Source: Octopus vulgaris
Lineage: Eukaryota
Assembly (NCBI GenBank): GCA_951406725.2
Contig: OX597822.1
Coordinates: forward strand, 9,486,001 to 9,550,000
Direction: 5' to 3'
DNA: 64,000 bases
Part shown: piece after piece, positions 12,657 through 25,307 of the stretch
How positions within the stretch are numbered: the first letter of the stretch is position 1
Layout: the number at the start of each line of letters is the position of its first letter
Made by a program: the position numbers and the translations under genes
Notes under the pieces: model-generated
Database searches by the model: none
What the model saw: only the letters and a program-made list of their open reading frames with translations
What the model was told of the DNA's origin: nothing

Positions 12657-12720
<64 letters not shown>

Positions 12721-13399
12721 GTGTGTGTGTGTGTGTGTTTGTCCCCCTAGCATTGATTGACAACCGATGCTGGTGTGTTTACGTCCCCGTCACTTAGCGG
12801 TTTGGCAAAAAAAAAAAAAAGAGACCGATAGAATAAGTACTGGGCTTACAAAGAATAAGTCCCGGGGTCGAGTTGCTCGATTAAAGGCGGTGCTCCAGCA
12901 TGGCCGCAGTCAAATGACTGAAACAAGTAAAAGAGAAAAGAGAGAGAAAAGAGAAAAGAGAAGAGGTCTGTCTGTAAAACCTCTCTCTGAAACATGATGG
13001 GAATGTAGAATAGAAAGTGTCAAACCTGTATGGAACCAAGCTGCTGAATCATTAGTTAGTCAACCGAGAGATTATCAAGTTTCTAGAAACTTGTAATCCA
13101 TCAGTTGACAAACTAACGATTCCTGCACAAAAATATTTTTCATAAATCGTTTCATTGTCACTAAAACAAGTAGAATTGTGGCACTGATTTCTTTTTCAAG
13201 TAAATTATGTGAGTAAAGAATTCCAGAGTGACACTATGGATGTTGCTTACTTCATTCCAAAAGCTTTGTAACTGGTTAAAGACACAGGGAAAATGGGTTT
13301 GATGAAGCTTTGATGGACGCTAATGAACTTGGCAAAGAGCTAGATACTGAGCCTATATTCAAGCACTCTCTCACCTTACTATTCATATGCCTCCCTCCT

Positions 13400-13852
13400 C
13401 CTACTTCGTTTGAACCCTTGAACCTTTAGAACCTTCTAGATTCTTCTACATTCAGCCACTCTGACGTCACTCCTTATAAAGAGACACTCATTATCGCCAT
13501 GGGCTCCTTGAGAGCGGTCAGCTAAAAGTTTTTTGTGCATTTTGATGTCGACATAAGTTCCTTGATTTTCCTGATGAGAAATCTGCATAATGTACTCCTT
13601 ATTCCTTCGGAATTAGGAATATGCAGCCTTCGAAACATATGTCGAGAATAGAGGATATTTGTTAACTAGTCGTTCAACTCCATTCTTTCATATACTTATA
13701 ATTCTAAAATAAACATACAAATTTCCGCACGAAGACACGTAGTCTATGCCCTAGGGACGTAGCTTCAACCGTGTTCTTTCTGATGTGAATTTTCTACCCA
13801 GGTATCGGTTATCTTTCGAATTATCTTTAATAAGATAATTCATTCAACTACT

Positions 13853-13857
<5 letters not shown>
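13400..13857 (+). mobile_element. Penelope-like pLTR / retrozyme-like repeat ending at (TA)n
   Basis: Homologous to 44644-44965 (cttcaaccgtgtt..ctga.gtgaattt.ctaccc.ggt.tcggtta...gataattcattca); contains a hammerhead; 5' boundary approximate. Confidence 0.6.
13565..13649 (+). ncRNA. Type I hammerhead ribozyme, core intact
   Basis: attttc-CTGATGA-[gaaatctgcata...tatgcagccttc]-GAAA-CATATG-TC-gagaat; stem I attttc/gagaat; predicted cleavage after C13643 (GUC). Confidence 0.8.
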
Positions 13858-13900
<43 letters not shown>

Positions 13901-16178
13901 TATATATGTGTTAATCTCAGAGAATTGAATGCATGAACTGGTAGACTGTCAGCTTCCAAATATACCACCTTTGAAATCATGAGCAAAAACACTGTTATAC
14001 CAGTCTAATATGTAGAGGTCTTCAAATGTTCAACTGCCTACCTTAAGAAGTCAGAAATATAAAAATTAAGGTTGTGCTCCAGCATGAGCAGTCCTATGAT
14101 TGAAACCTCAAAAAGAACAGAACACACACATACACATACAAAAAAAAAACATGGTGCAAGAATGAGATAAAAAGAAGGAAATAGATTTTGGATGAATCAT
14201 GGAAAGTTACTGAGACATGAAAAGAACAAAAACCAATTACTGAAAGTTAGGAAGAGAAAAAGCTGGACCTTAAAGGGGAAATAGCTAATTATGGGAGTCT
14301 CAACACAGAGGTGAAAAGGTGTTCAAGAAGAGATAAAAGAAAATTCTTGAAGTGAAAACTGATGCAAGTGATAAATTACTCTATGTAAGAGGCTGTAGAG
14401 GAATTAGAATAGCTTATGCAATAATAAATGAGATTACAGGCAAGGAGATCAAAAAGACTGGGTTTGGATGAAAATGCACTGATAATTTCTGAACCACAGG
14501 AGGTGCCGGAAGTGATGGTAAAATGAAATATCTGTTGAAGGAATAGTAAAAGCCATTGAGCAACTGGAGAATGGAATTGCAGGAGAAATGCAAAAAGAAA
14601 AACATAAGCAGGTGACTGCTAAAGTATTATTGAGGCTTTCTCATGAGAAAGTTTGAAAAAAAAAAAAGAAAAAAAACATCTGAAGGTTGGAAACTTCGAG
14701 CAATGACTAAAATACTCGAGAAAAGAAATAGAAATGAGAAGTTGCAGGCAGCAGCTATAAGAAGAGCAGAACTGAACAACGTAGTCTTGAAAGTGTTCAG
14801 CTTGGTTGTCTTGAATAGGATACAACTTGCTCGAATCCTTATACAGACAAACAAGCTTTGAACAACAGCAAAGGTGATACTGACAAGATACGTGGGCTCA
14901 TGCCTTTTATACAACAATACATCAAATTCATTCAGCCTTCCATAATCACTATTCCGGCAACAAAGAATCAATATTAATTAACTGTCTCTCACATTAATTA
15001 TCCCATTTTCTTTAACCATTTACTACATATCAGTCTTCGTTTGGTTCCCTTCAAAGATTCAAGGTGGGCATAGAGGATTACAACACACATATTATTATCA
15101 TTTATTACATTACATTCAACATACATTATCTGTTTCATTATCCTTCATCTTTTCCTTCACATTTCAGATATGCTGAAGACCCTTTTTGTCACTGCTCCAG
15201 TCTACATAAAGTGTTAGTGAAAGCAAAGAGTTGTCAGACTTATTTGAAATGTTCTAATAAAATTCATTTCACTTAAAAAAAAAAATTTTTTTAAATAAAT
15301 TTCAGCAAACTGTTCTTGGACAGACATGAACTTTCATCACTAGCAGGAATGACAACAAAAAAAAAGTTCTTTATCAATAGATAATTAGGGTGATTTTAGC
15401 TAATTTTAGGGTGCGCTTTCTGAATATAAAGTTAGTTTTGTTCCATCACGTCAACATTTTGATACACAAGGATATTTTGCATTTCTTTCCCTTTTCTTTC
15501 AACCACAAATTTTAATCTGAAAGTTTTCAAAAAATGTACTTTTGACATAGTTTTGCACGCTGATGATAAATGCCACATTCGTTATTTGAGAAAATCTATA
15601 ATAAAGTTAGGAGCATTTAGAGTTATGCATATTTAGTGAATGAATTTTAAGCCACTGTCCTCACAGCAGAAATTGAAAATATTTATTGTCATGGCAACTC
15701 TGATTCATTAATTTTTCATCGAGTCAATGCCAAAAAGATCAGGCTGAGAATTGTGCATTCTCTACAGGAAGGTTACAAGTCAGATATGTCACACTGGAGA
15801 GGGGGAGAACAAAAACCACCCCCAGCTGGTATTAACAGGATCTAGACAAATCTCACTAAGTTAAAGTGTGAAATAGGAGAAAAGCCCCTCAATTACATTT
15901 TTTTCTCTTTTTGAACTCTTTTCAGTAAATGAATGTAATCATGACCCTAGATTCTAACAAGTTTAAGACAGCCAGAGTAAAGAACACCATAAAAGCAGTT
16001 GCTTTGTCAGATCTATAAATATTATTGTAGGTGCCATATGTCAACAACGCCATTTTTAGAAATGACCCTTCAAAGAGTAATGTTTGACGTCTACAAAAAG
16101 GAGCACTGCCAAAGTTTAAAATACCGATGAGAACTGGAGCAAATTAGTGGTGAATGGAAAACTACAGAAGCTCTAGAG

Positions 16179-18540
16179 CAGTGATTCCCAAGGTGGGGCG
16201 TACGCCCCACTGGTGGGGCCTGAGAAAATTCAGGTGGGGCGCGGGGCATAGAAGTGGGCTGTGAAAATATTTGTACATGACGAGCGGTCATCGCGGGCAC
16301 AACCTTAGATTCCGTCTTTCCTTTGAAGCCTCCACATCTGAAACTCTCGCACCCCAGCGAGACAAAGAAGATCCCGCACTGAGCAATAAACTTACTATTC
16401 AGATAAGCCAATCAATTGCCTCAATTAGTCTTTTGTTAGCCCTATTGAAAATGAGCAAACCAAACAAGAAGAAGACTCGTCAATACGCGGTGGAATTTTT
16501 GAAGTTTGGATTCATTCCTGCTTAGCATGATGAGCGTAAACCGTTTTGCTTATTATGTAATCAGACGATGAGCAATGAGTCAATGAAGGCAGGTAGGCTG
16601 GAAGCGCACTTAAAGGTAAGACATCCTAATAATTCTAATTTAGATTTGGAATACTTCAAATCATTGAAAGAAAAATTTAAAAACCGAACAAAACTCACTT
16701 CACTATTTCATGCAAAACAAGCGCCTCATACTCGTGCCCTTGAAGCCAGCTACGAAATCTCCTTGCTTATAGCAAAACATGGAAAGAATCACACTATTGG
16801 AGAGCAACTGATTAAACCTGCTATCTCAATATTCTTAAAAACTGTATTACAAAAAGATGATGGAGATATCAGGACTATGCCACTCAGTAATAACACTGTC
16901 TCGAACAGAATAGATGAAATGGGGCAAGATGTTGAAAGCCAGCTCATTGAGAAATTAAAATTGCGTAAGTTTTCATTACAAATGGACGAATCCACAATCC
17001 GGGACAGTGAGGCTCTGTTATTGACTTATGTGAGGTATATTGACCACGAGGAGTTTCAGGAAGAGATGCTGTTCTGCGAATCGTTTGAAACCACCACAAC
17101 TGCAAATGATATTTACATCAAAATCAAACATTATTTGGATGCAAACAAAATACCAAAGGAAAACTTACTGGCATGTGCGGCAGACGGTGCACCTGCCATG
17201 ATGGGCAAGAATACGGGATGCTTAAAAATGATGAAGGATGAAAATCCAAACATGTTGACTGTCCATTGTGTAATACACCGAGAAAACTTGGTTGCCAAGA
17301 AATTGTCCCCTGTTCTTAACAAGATTCTTCAAAGTGTGATCAAGTGTGTCAACAGCATTAAAAGAAATTCTAAATCTGAACGTCTTTTTAAGCAGTTTTG
17401 TATAAATCAAAGTGCCGAACATGTTCGATTATTGCTTCATACAGAAGTAAGATGGCTATCAAGTGGAAACTGCTTAAAGAGGTTCATGGAATTATTTGAT
17501 CAGATTAACGACTTTCTTAGTGATAAATGTGAAATGAAATTGCTGTCAACAACGGATGGAAAAGCATTTGTCAGTTATTTGACAGACATATTTGAGAAAC
17601 TTGGAAACTTGAATAAACAACTTCAAGGTGCAAACATGACACTTATTGATGCAAAAGCAAAGATTTTTGGATTTATTACAGCTCTCGAATTATGGAAAAA
17701 GAAATTTTCCAAAAGAAATTTCAGTGAACTTTACTGGTTGAGTAAATGTGAAATAACGAATGATGCTGGCATTGTAATTATTGATCATTTAAATATCTTG
17801 ATAAAGGATTTCAATGACAGATTTTGCGATTTAAAGGCAATGAATTTTCCTTCTTGGTTAACTCAACCGCTTCTGATTAACGTTTCTGATGCTACAATCC
17901 AATAGCAAGAAGAGTTATCAGAATTACAACATGATGAATCAGTGAAGACTTTGTTTAAGTTGAAAGGTACAAAGATGTGGCTATATGACGAGGTTGAAAG
18001 AAAATATCCTAAAATTTCTACATCAGCGAGAGAGCTACTGATTCCTTTCCCTTCGTCTTATTTGGTCGAATGTGGTTTTAGTGCAGTTGATAATTTGCTC
18101 GAAGCCAAGAGAAACCGGCTTGAGATTACAAAACGTGGCGATTTACGACTGAAATTAACAAAGTTGTCTCCTCAAATTAAAAACTTGTGCTGTATGCATC
18201 AGGCACAGGGTTCTCACTAAATTAGTCGAGCTGACCGTCAAATAATTGAACTGAAAAAACGTGTTTCTTTATTCTTTATAAATTGACATTTTTTAAAAAC
18301 ATGAGAAATCGTAATAATTTTATCGATTTATTGGGTGTTATGCACTTTCAGTGCCTGTTGTTTCAATTCTCAAACTATTTTTTTTTATTTTGAATACAAT
18401 TTTTTAATTTTTGATTTTTTTTCAATTGTAAGTAGGCCCACATGTAACTTGTAAATGTGAGTGGACATGGGAAAAGGTGGGGCGTAAAAACTTTTGCTAT
18501 GAAAAAGTGGGGCGCCGGGAAAAAAGGTTGGGAAACACTG
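16179..18540 (+). mobile_element. Full-length hAT (Buster/Charlie-like) DNA transposon, 2362 bp
   Basis: TIRs cagtg(a/t)ttcccaa; perfect 8-bp TSD ctctagag (16171-16178 / 18541-18548). Confidence 0.95.
16451..18220 (+). pseudogene. hAT transposase, ~589 codons in one frame with two premature TAG stops
   Basis: BED-like CLLC...HLKVRH, DES, DGA, HCVIHRENL, EVRWLS and YLVECGFS; stops at 16523-16525 and 17903-17905; all three ORF pieces share a frame. Confidence 0.9.
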
Positions 18541-18569
18541 CTCTAGAGTATCAGGATTTCCTCATTTAT

Positions 18570-19120
18570 GACAATGACATAGTAGACGTCATCAAACATT
18601 CTACATTGAAAATCTTTGCAGATGATTCCAAGCTCCAGAAGACCATAAATGGTATGGGAGACTGAAAATGCCTCCAGTCGGATCTGTTTGCCGTTGTCCA
18701 ATGGGCAGAAAAGAACAATATTCTTCTAAATGAAGATAAGTTTAATTTGATCGACTATGGAAATGAGGATACTCTGAATCTATCATACGCCCTTCCCTCG
18801 GGCAACTTCCTAGTGTCATCCAACAACACCAGAGACCTTGGAATAATTGTTGATAACAATCTAAGCTAGAGTTCCCACAGAAACAGCAAGGTAGACTTGG
18901 CTCACAAGATGTGCTCCTGTACTGAGAACTTCTGGTTCAGAGATGCTCGCACCATCATCCTTCTCTACTCTACTTTTGCCCAACCCCACTTTGAATACTG
19001 TTGCCCACCGTGGTCTCCCTGCATGAAGCAAAGCATTATGAAAGTGGAAGAACTCCAGAGGTCAATAACAATAAAAATAGATAGCATAACAGGCATTGAT
19101 TACTGGGGTCACCTAAAAAG
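18570..19120 (+). mobile_element. CR1/L2-group LINE RT 3' fragment
   Basis: KIFADDSKLQK...HFEYCCPPWSP; closely similar to 40220-40770. Confidence 0.8.
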
Positions 19121-20747
19121 ATCTGTTTCCATTTTGATGTATTTTGCTATTAAAGAAAGCTGGACCAGTTGAGATTAAAGTAGCTGTGTTGTAAAGTTAT
19201 GTCTTGAGTTCAATTTTTGTAGTGGGCAGATAGCAGGGGGGGCCAAGTCTTGGGTGGATTTTAAAATTGATGCCAGCATCATTTGCGTGATATTAATGAA
19301 ATATTTTCCAGATCACACAAATGGTGTAGCACTCACAGCAATGTTGGAGAGGAGAGATTTCATATATGACTGAGACGTGAATCACGATCTAAAAGACTTC
19401 ACCAAGTGGTGCTGTTACGTTAGACATTGCCTGGGGCTATATTGGCCGAAACTTAACTAAGTTATCACAAACCTGACAACTAAAGACAGAATGATGAGAA
19501 AAAGACAAAGGAAGCCAAAAGACTCCTACAACACTATCAAGATGTGATTTTCCTTGAACAGGTATGATGATATCAAGTGAAAAGACAGGTGACTTTTTTG
19601 AACTAGAATGTGAAATGGCTACATGAAGTTTTGCTTCTTCTTGTGCTTGTAGGAAACATGCACTGGTCAGCAGGATTGGACAGTTGGTCATGAGACCAAA
19701 GAATAACCGTATTCCATATTTACCACTAGTTCCACTCTTGGTGGGAAGGTTAAACCAGTGAATGTTAGAGCTATACTGTCCAGGACTGAGTCCATGGAGG
19801 GGCCACCCAAAGCAGACAGGTCTAACCTTGGCAGTGCTAGGACTGCAACCTGGCTAACTGAAGGAAAAATGGGGAATTCCAAGAGGCATAAGATGTTTCA
19901 GAATGCAGTGGCTTCCTGATGGCATTGGATCGTGTCTATGGGTATCGTACGGTAAGAAGGCATAGCACAAGGATGACCTGCCACTGATTATGTATGGTGG
20001 CTTATGAATACAGACAGGAACTGTTTTCACAGACTCTTATTATCTCTTGAAACTTCTATGACCTCACACCGCAATGAACTCAACAGAGGTCAGCTTAACC
20101 ACTCCTGGATGAATATCATTAAACAACAACTAGTTCCACTTGATTTGCGTTATCACCATTATACATTAAACTTGGAATCTTCAAAGATTTTGTGAAATCA
20201 ACAGACTTTAGGGGCAGCAAGTCAAGTTGCTTAAAGACATCTTTCCTCAATTAAGCAAAGCCAAGACAAACCTTTAGCGCACTGCAGTCACAATTAGTCA
20301 CTGTATGTGTTTTCTCTTGTGGCTACAGGTGCGTTGTGTAACCTTGAGAGGTGTGCACATAAATACTTAGCAAAGATATTTCCAGTAGTTTAAGCTGGAG
20401 ACAGCCTACTTTCAATTCCGGAGGAGACTAAATTTCAGTCGTCGGATGCCATTTCGTAGTTATTCGCTTTCCACGAATACACAATTTCAAAAATTGATCG
20501 TAGTTTTATGAACTTTTCCGAGACAAAAAAATGCACCTGCATTTGTTGATGGCTTCCTGGAAGAAATCTTCAAAACCATGGTCTAAGTCAGAATCAAAGA
20601 ACAATTCCCTTGAAAAGATAGCAATGGTTAAGTAGTTGGAGGTGATGGTAAGGACAATGATGTACCAGATGGATACTATCGTATGACAGACACTCCCTCT
20701 CTGTCTCAGTTTGTCCTGCCTCTCACATAGTGACTTGTTTAAAAGAC

Positions 20748-22283
20748 ATCAGTACAATAGTTGACTAAATAAAAATACGATATTCATTCTCAGAAGAATG
20801 TAAATTCATGGAACTTTCGAATTTCAACAAATTTGATGAGTATTGCAAGCAATTTAAAAATCATGGGCAACAGGACCACTCTTCTTAAATAGTACCAGGG
20901 CGACGTTTTTTTTTTATTCTAGGTCATACGGGAGTTGCATATTCAGAATCTCCCATATGTAAATTGTAGGAATATGAAAATTTTTTTACTGAAAAATTGC
21001 TGTGGGGGTGGGGCAAAGAAATTCATTGCATGCCCAACCCCTGAAGTCACCGCACGCCACTGTCATCAACCATCTATGAAGAAATTGTTCTGCACATGGC
21101 AAAATGTGTTAAGAATCATATTGTAGCAGAACTCTATTTCTGTCGATTCAACACCAGACTGAACTCCTAACAATTACGTGTGTAAGGACCTCACTTGGCC
21201 CTGCCGGGTTGGGATTCAAAATTGAATCTAAGAATTTCCACTTGCTGACCAAGCAGGAAAATCGCTTTGTCCTGTCAAAAGGTACAGTGATTGACGTGTC
21301 TCCACAGCAATGGAATTACTCCTCACGGCTTATTATTACCACAAAGGAAAATTATAATTTCATAATCAGCCTTTTTGAGCACATCATTGAAAATCCTGAA
21401 GCATGGGATGATACCACCATAAATTCAGCAATTGGATTCTTACACACTTTAAAAGCTCCTGATTTCTTATTGTTGTTAGAAGTATTCAGTGAGATTTTTT
21501 CTTTTACTGACGTCTTATTTAACATCCTCCAGAGTAAAAGTCATGACATAGTGTATTGTAAAGAGCAGACTGAATAAACTAGAACTGTACTCGAAAACAA
21601 ACTTGATAATTTTTCAATCTTTTATATGTTAGGGAAAAAATATGGAGTCGATGCAGGAATCGGAATTCATAGATCCAAGAATATATCTGTTGAGCCCCAA
21701 CGACATTATAAAATGCTTTATAACAAAATCATCAGTACAATAGCTGACTAGATAAAAATATGATATTCATTCTCAGAAGGAAAATTCATGGGACTTTCAA
21801 ATTTCAACAAATTTGATGAGTATTGCAAGCAATTTAAAAATCATGGGCAACAGGACCACTCTTCTTAAATAGTACCAGGGCGACGTTTTTTTTATTCTAG
21901 GTCATACGGGAGTTGCATATTCAGAATCTCCCATATGTAAATTGTAGGAATATGAAAATTTTTTTACTGAAAAATTGCTGTGGGGGTGGGGCAAAGAAAT
22001 TCATTGCATGCCCAACCCCTGAAGTCACCGCACGCCACTGTCATCAACCATCTATGAAGAAATTGTTCTGCACATGGCAAAATGTGTTAAGAATCATATT
22101 GTAGCAGAACTCTATTTCTGTCGATTCAACACCAGACTGAACTCCTAACAATTACGTGTGTAAGTACCTCACTTGGCCCTGCTGGGTTGGGATTCAAAAT
22201 TGAATCTAAGAATTTCCACTTGCTGACCAAGCAGGAAAATCGCTTTGTCCTGTCAAAAGGTACAGTGATTGACGTGTCTCCAC
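20748..22283 (+). repeat. ~555-bp direct duplication (20748-21305 / 21730-22283) within degraded hAT sequence
   Basis: Identical 63-aa ORFs at 20935 and 21913 (offset 978); the intervening sequence has hAT-like QWNYSSRL...FLLLLEVFSEIFSFTDVLFNILQSKS. Confidence 0.75.
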
Positions 22284-23030
22284 TTCGCCCGTGACCTTGC
22301 AGTATCAGGGGAAATTAAAATGGACAACAAACGACCTAAATGTGTATAAGCTACTCTTATAAATGGTATATCCATCTTTCTAGCTGAAATGAACCGTTAA
22401 AAATACCAGTGCTCGGCAAACAGAAAGTTAGAGAGAGAGCCTCAGCAGCCACACTGAAGTGTTTGTGACCACCACAATCAAACGCAACATACAGCTTGGC
22501 AGCACCGAATACAGCCTCCCCATCAGTCACTCTCTACTGCTCTCTCACTGGCTGACTAGCATCTTCACTATCAGCCACCGTTGAGAACAACAGGGTCTAT
22601 ATAAGCTTGACCCTTTCAACTTTATGAATTCCCAGCCTCATACATTCATTCTATCTCACACTGATATCTAGCAGACAAACCGAAACCAAGCAGAAACCCT
22701 ACTACACAAAAACAACTTGCTTTTTGTTTATATGTATGCCTACCAGTCGTGGTTTGGCTTCCCCCCAACAAAAAAATAAAAACCGAGAATAAAATTTGGT
22801 CCTAACACTTTGGCCACTGTCCTTTCCTGGAGTCATCTTCATCTACCACTGTTACATGTGTTATGCTCATTCTGGGAAACTAATAGAAAGGCTTTTAACT
22901 TCCTTGCAGACTGGCTCTTGCAAAACTAAAAGCACTGGCTACGCCTATCTTAGAATTTCTTAAAAGAGAGGGTATAAATTTTGGTAGTCGTTGGACTGTA
23001 AGGGCCAGTCCTCTGAAAATAGTAGTAATA

Positions 23031-24227
23031 TTGGGTTGGCAACTAAGTTCCTACCGTTTTTTTTAATTTTGGAATCTATTTTTTTTCAAGAATTATTTCT
23101 GAATCATTTTGGAATCTATTTTGTTTTTTTTTTTCTACCTAATTTTTATTTATTTTCAGATCATTAACATGGAATGTCAAGTTAAGAAGAACGAGCATAT
23201 TTGACACCACCTCCTTTTTGCTTTTAATCAAGGTTCTAAGGCCACAAAAGTTGCTTGCGACATTTGTGCTGTGCATGGAGAGGGTGCCATAGCTGAAAAC
23301 CGCTCATGATTGGTATGCCAAGTTCAAAAATGGAAATTTTGACCTCAAAGACACACCTCGTTCTGGCCGTCCAGTTGAGTTCAATGAAGAGCAATTAAAC
23401 CAACTTTTGGATGAAAATTCTCGTCAAACAATGTGGGAACTGGTAGAGAAAATGGAATGCTCCCACAGTGCTATAGAGAAGCATCTTCACTTGATAGGAA
23501 AGGTTCAGAAGTATGGAGCATGGGATCCATATGCTTTAAATGATAACAACAAAAATCAATGAGCCACAATCTCCATTGGTTTGCTTGCTCAACACCGCTC
23601 AACTCATGGACACAGGCAATTGTTACTAGCAATGAAAATTGGTGCCTGCACATCAATATGAAGCAGAGTAAGGAATGGCTTAGAACCCAGTAAACAAGCA
23701 ACACTGCACGTGAAACAAGATCTTCATCTGCGTAAAACGATGTTGTGCGTATGGTGGGGCTGGGAAGGAATTATCCATTACGAATCAATTGAACGGAACC
23801 AAACGGTCAACGCAGAACTCTGTTCAACAGATGGAACGACTCAACGCAGCTATTCAAGAGAAAAGACCTAATTGGCAGCATTGAGTTATACTGCTGCACG
23901 ACAACGCCTGCCCTCATATTGCCAATATGACCAAGGAAGCCATGATTTGGCACCAACGGATTTCCACCTCTTTCGATCTCTTTCAAATGCTATGTGTGGT
24001 GTTTCGTTCAATACTGATGCAGAATTGAGAGCTTGGTTGGATCCATTTTCCAAGTCGAAATCGGGTGAATTCTACCAACAAGGTATTGAAAATCTAGTTG
24101 AACATTGGGAAGAAATTGTAAACAACAAGGGTGATTACATTATTGTTACTTAGTTATTATTTTTTTATTTAACTTTTTTTAAAATTTATATTAAAAATAA
24201 ACGGTGGAAACTTGGTTGCCATCCCAA
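23031..24227 (+). mobile_element. Mariner transposon, full length but degenerate (~1.2 kb)
   Basis: TA-flanked TIRs ttgggttggcaactaagttcctaccgttt / aaacggtggaaacttggttgccatcccaa; transposase remnants MECQVKKNEH..., DTPRSGRP, DLAPTDFHLFRSL. Confidence 0.9.
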
Positions 24228-24249
24228 TATATCAAATCACTACACAGGA

Positions 24250-24930
24250 ATGCAAGTCGCACCTAACGCAAAGAACTCAGCTACAGTGAATCTTGTAGAA
24301 CAATTTGCTGGTTCTTGCTGTGCTAAAACTATTACGCTGGCTTCACACAGAAGTTATAGGAACTTTTGTTCTGCGTTGACGCACAGATGGGCAAACTTAA
24401 TGAAATCTCTAAGGAAATTAAAAGCGGACAAACTTTGAAGTGCTTGTCAGACACTCATTGGTTAGCAAAAGCTGATGATATTGAAGCCCTCAATGATGGA
24501 TATAACTGCATTCAAAAGGCACTCAGACAAACTAATGATGATTTATCAGACACTGACAGACAAAAAAGATTATCTTGAAACTGCTGTTAAGAGCGAAGAT
24601 CTGGAATACAATTCTTGTATGGCTTAATAGTACAAATAAAGCTTTTCAAGAAGATGAAGCTGATTTCAATAAAGTGATGGATCTCCTTGATTCTTTGGAA
24701 AAAGATTTTGAAATCACTTCTGGATAGGTATGAAGAGTTGGAACTAGATGCCAGGAATATATGAGGAAACACAAGCTTCAAAGTAAAAAGTAGGCTATGA
24801 GGCAAGTCTACCAGACTCAGAGGCTGCAAGAGAGAAAAACTCAGAAGCAGAGCATTCAACACCATTTTAGATCAGATATTTATAGCTTTACAAAAATGCC
24901 AAGCAGCCCATCAAAAAGTCAACTAATGTA
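24250..24930 (+). mobile_element. Degraded hAT transposase fragment
   Basis: TLKCLSDTHWLAKADDIEAL resembles the LxxLSxTRW motif; many stops. Confidence 0.45.
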
Positions 24931-24989
24931 GTTTACCTGATGCAGAGACAAGAACTGAAGCTGAGAAACTCATTACCACTTTACCAGAT

Positions 24990-25267
24990 TGTGGTGTCGG
25001 TGGAGAGGATGACAGATGGGGGAGGGCAGAAGTAGGGCTTGCAGGGCGCATGCACGGTAGGAAGTGGAAGCGGCGAGGGACAACGCACGTGTGGCATCGA
25101 CCAAGCAGCAGTTGCAGCTGAGACGAGGAAGGCACAAGACATATCGAGCTGGCTGAGAGAGATCTGAACTTCGCTGAGTTTCGGTAAACTAATCTTCGCC
25201 GAAGTAAGGCCTAATTGTATTTCCATTCTCCTTTTTTCTGTTGTCCTCTTTCATCGTTCACACCACA
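24990..25267 (+). repeat. Putative 5' LTR (278 bp) of a Gypsy element
   Basis: 8-bp inverted termini tgtggtgt...acaccaca, immediately upstream of gag. Confidence 0.65.
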
Positions 25268-25307
25268 AGCTATTTCGGCATATAAACAATCGGTTTTATA
25301 AATAAAA

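Larger units (their letters stand above)
11981..12965 (+). mobile_element. SINE family A with a ~450-bp insertion in its internal (TA)n tract
   Basis: SINE 5' half 11981-12140 and 3' half 12721-12965; foreign sequence 12205-12656 is flanked by (TA)n. Confidence 0.85.

Noticed and set aside
14140-14620. Possible very old non-LTR retrotransposon remnant
   Set aside because: Too degenerate to support with motifs.
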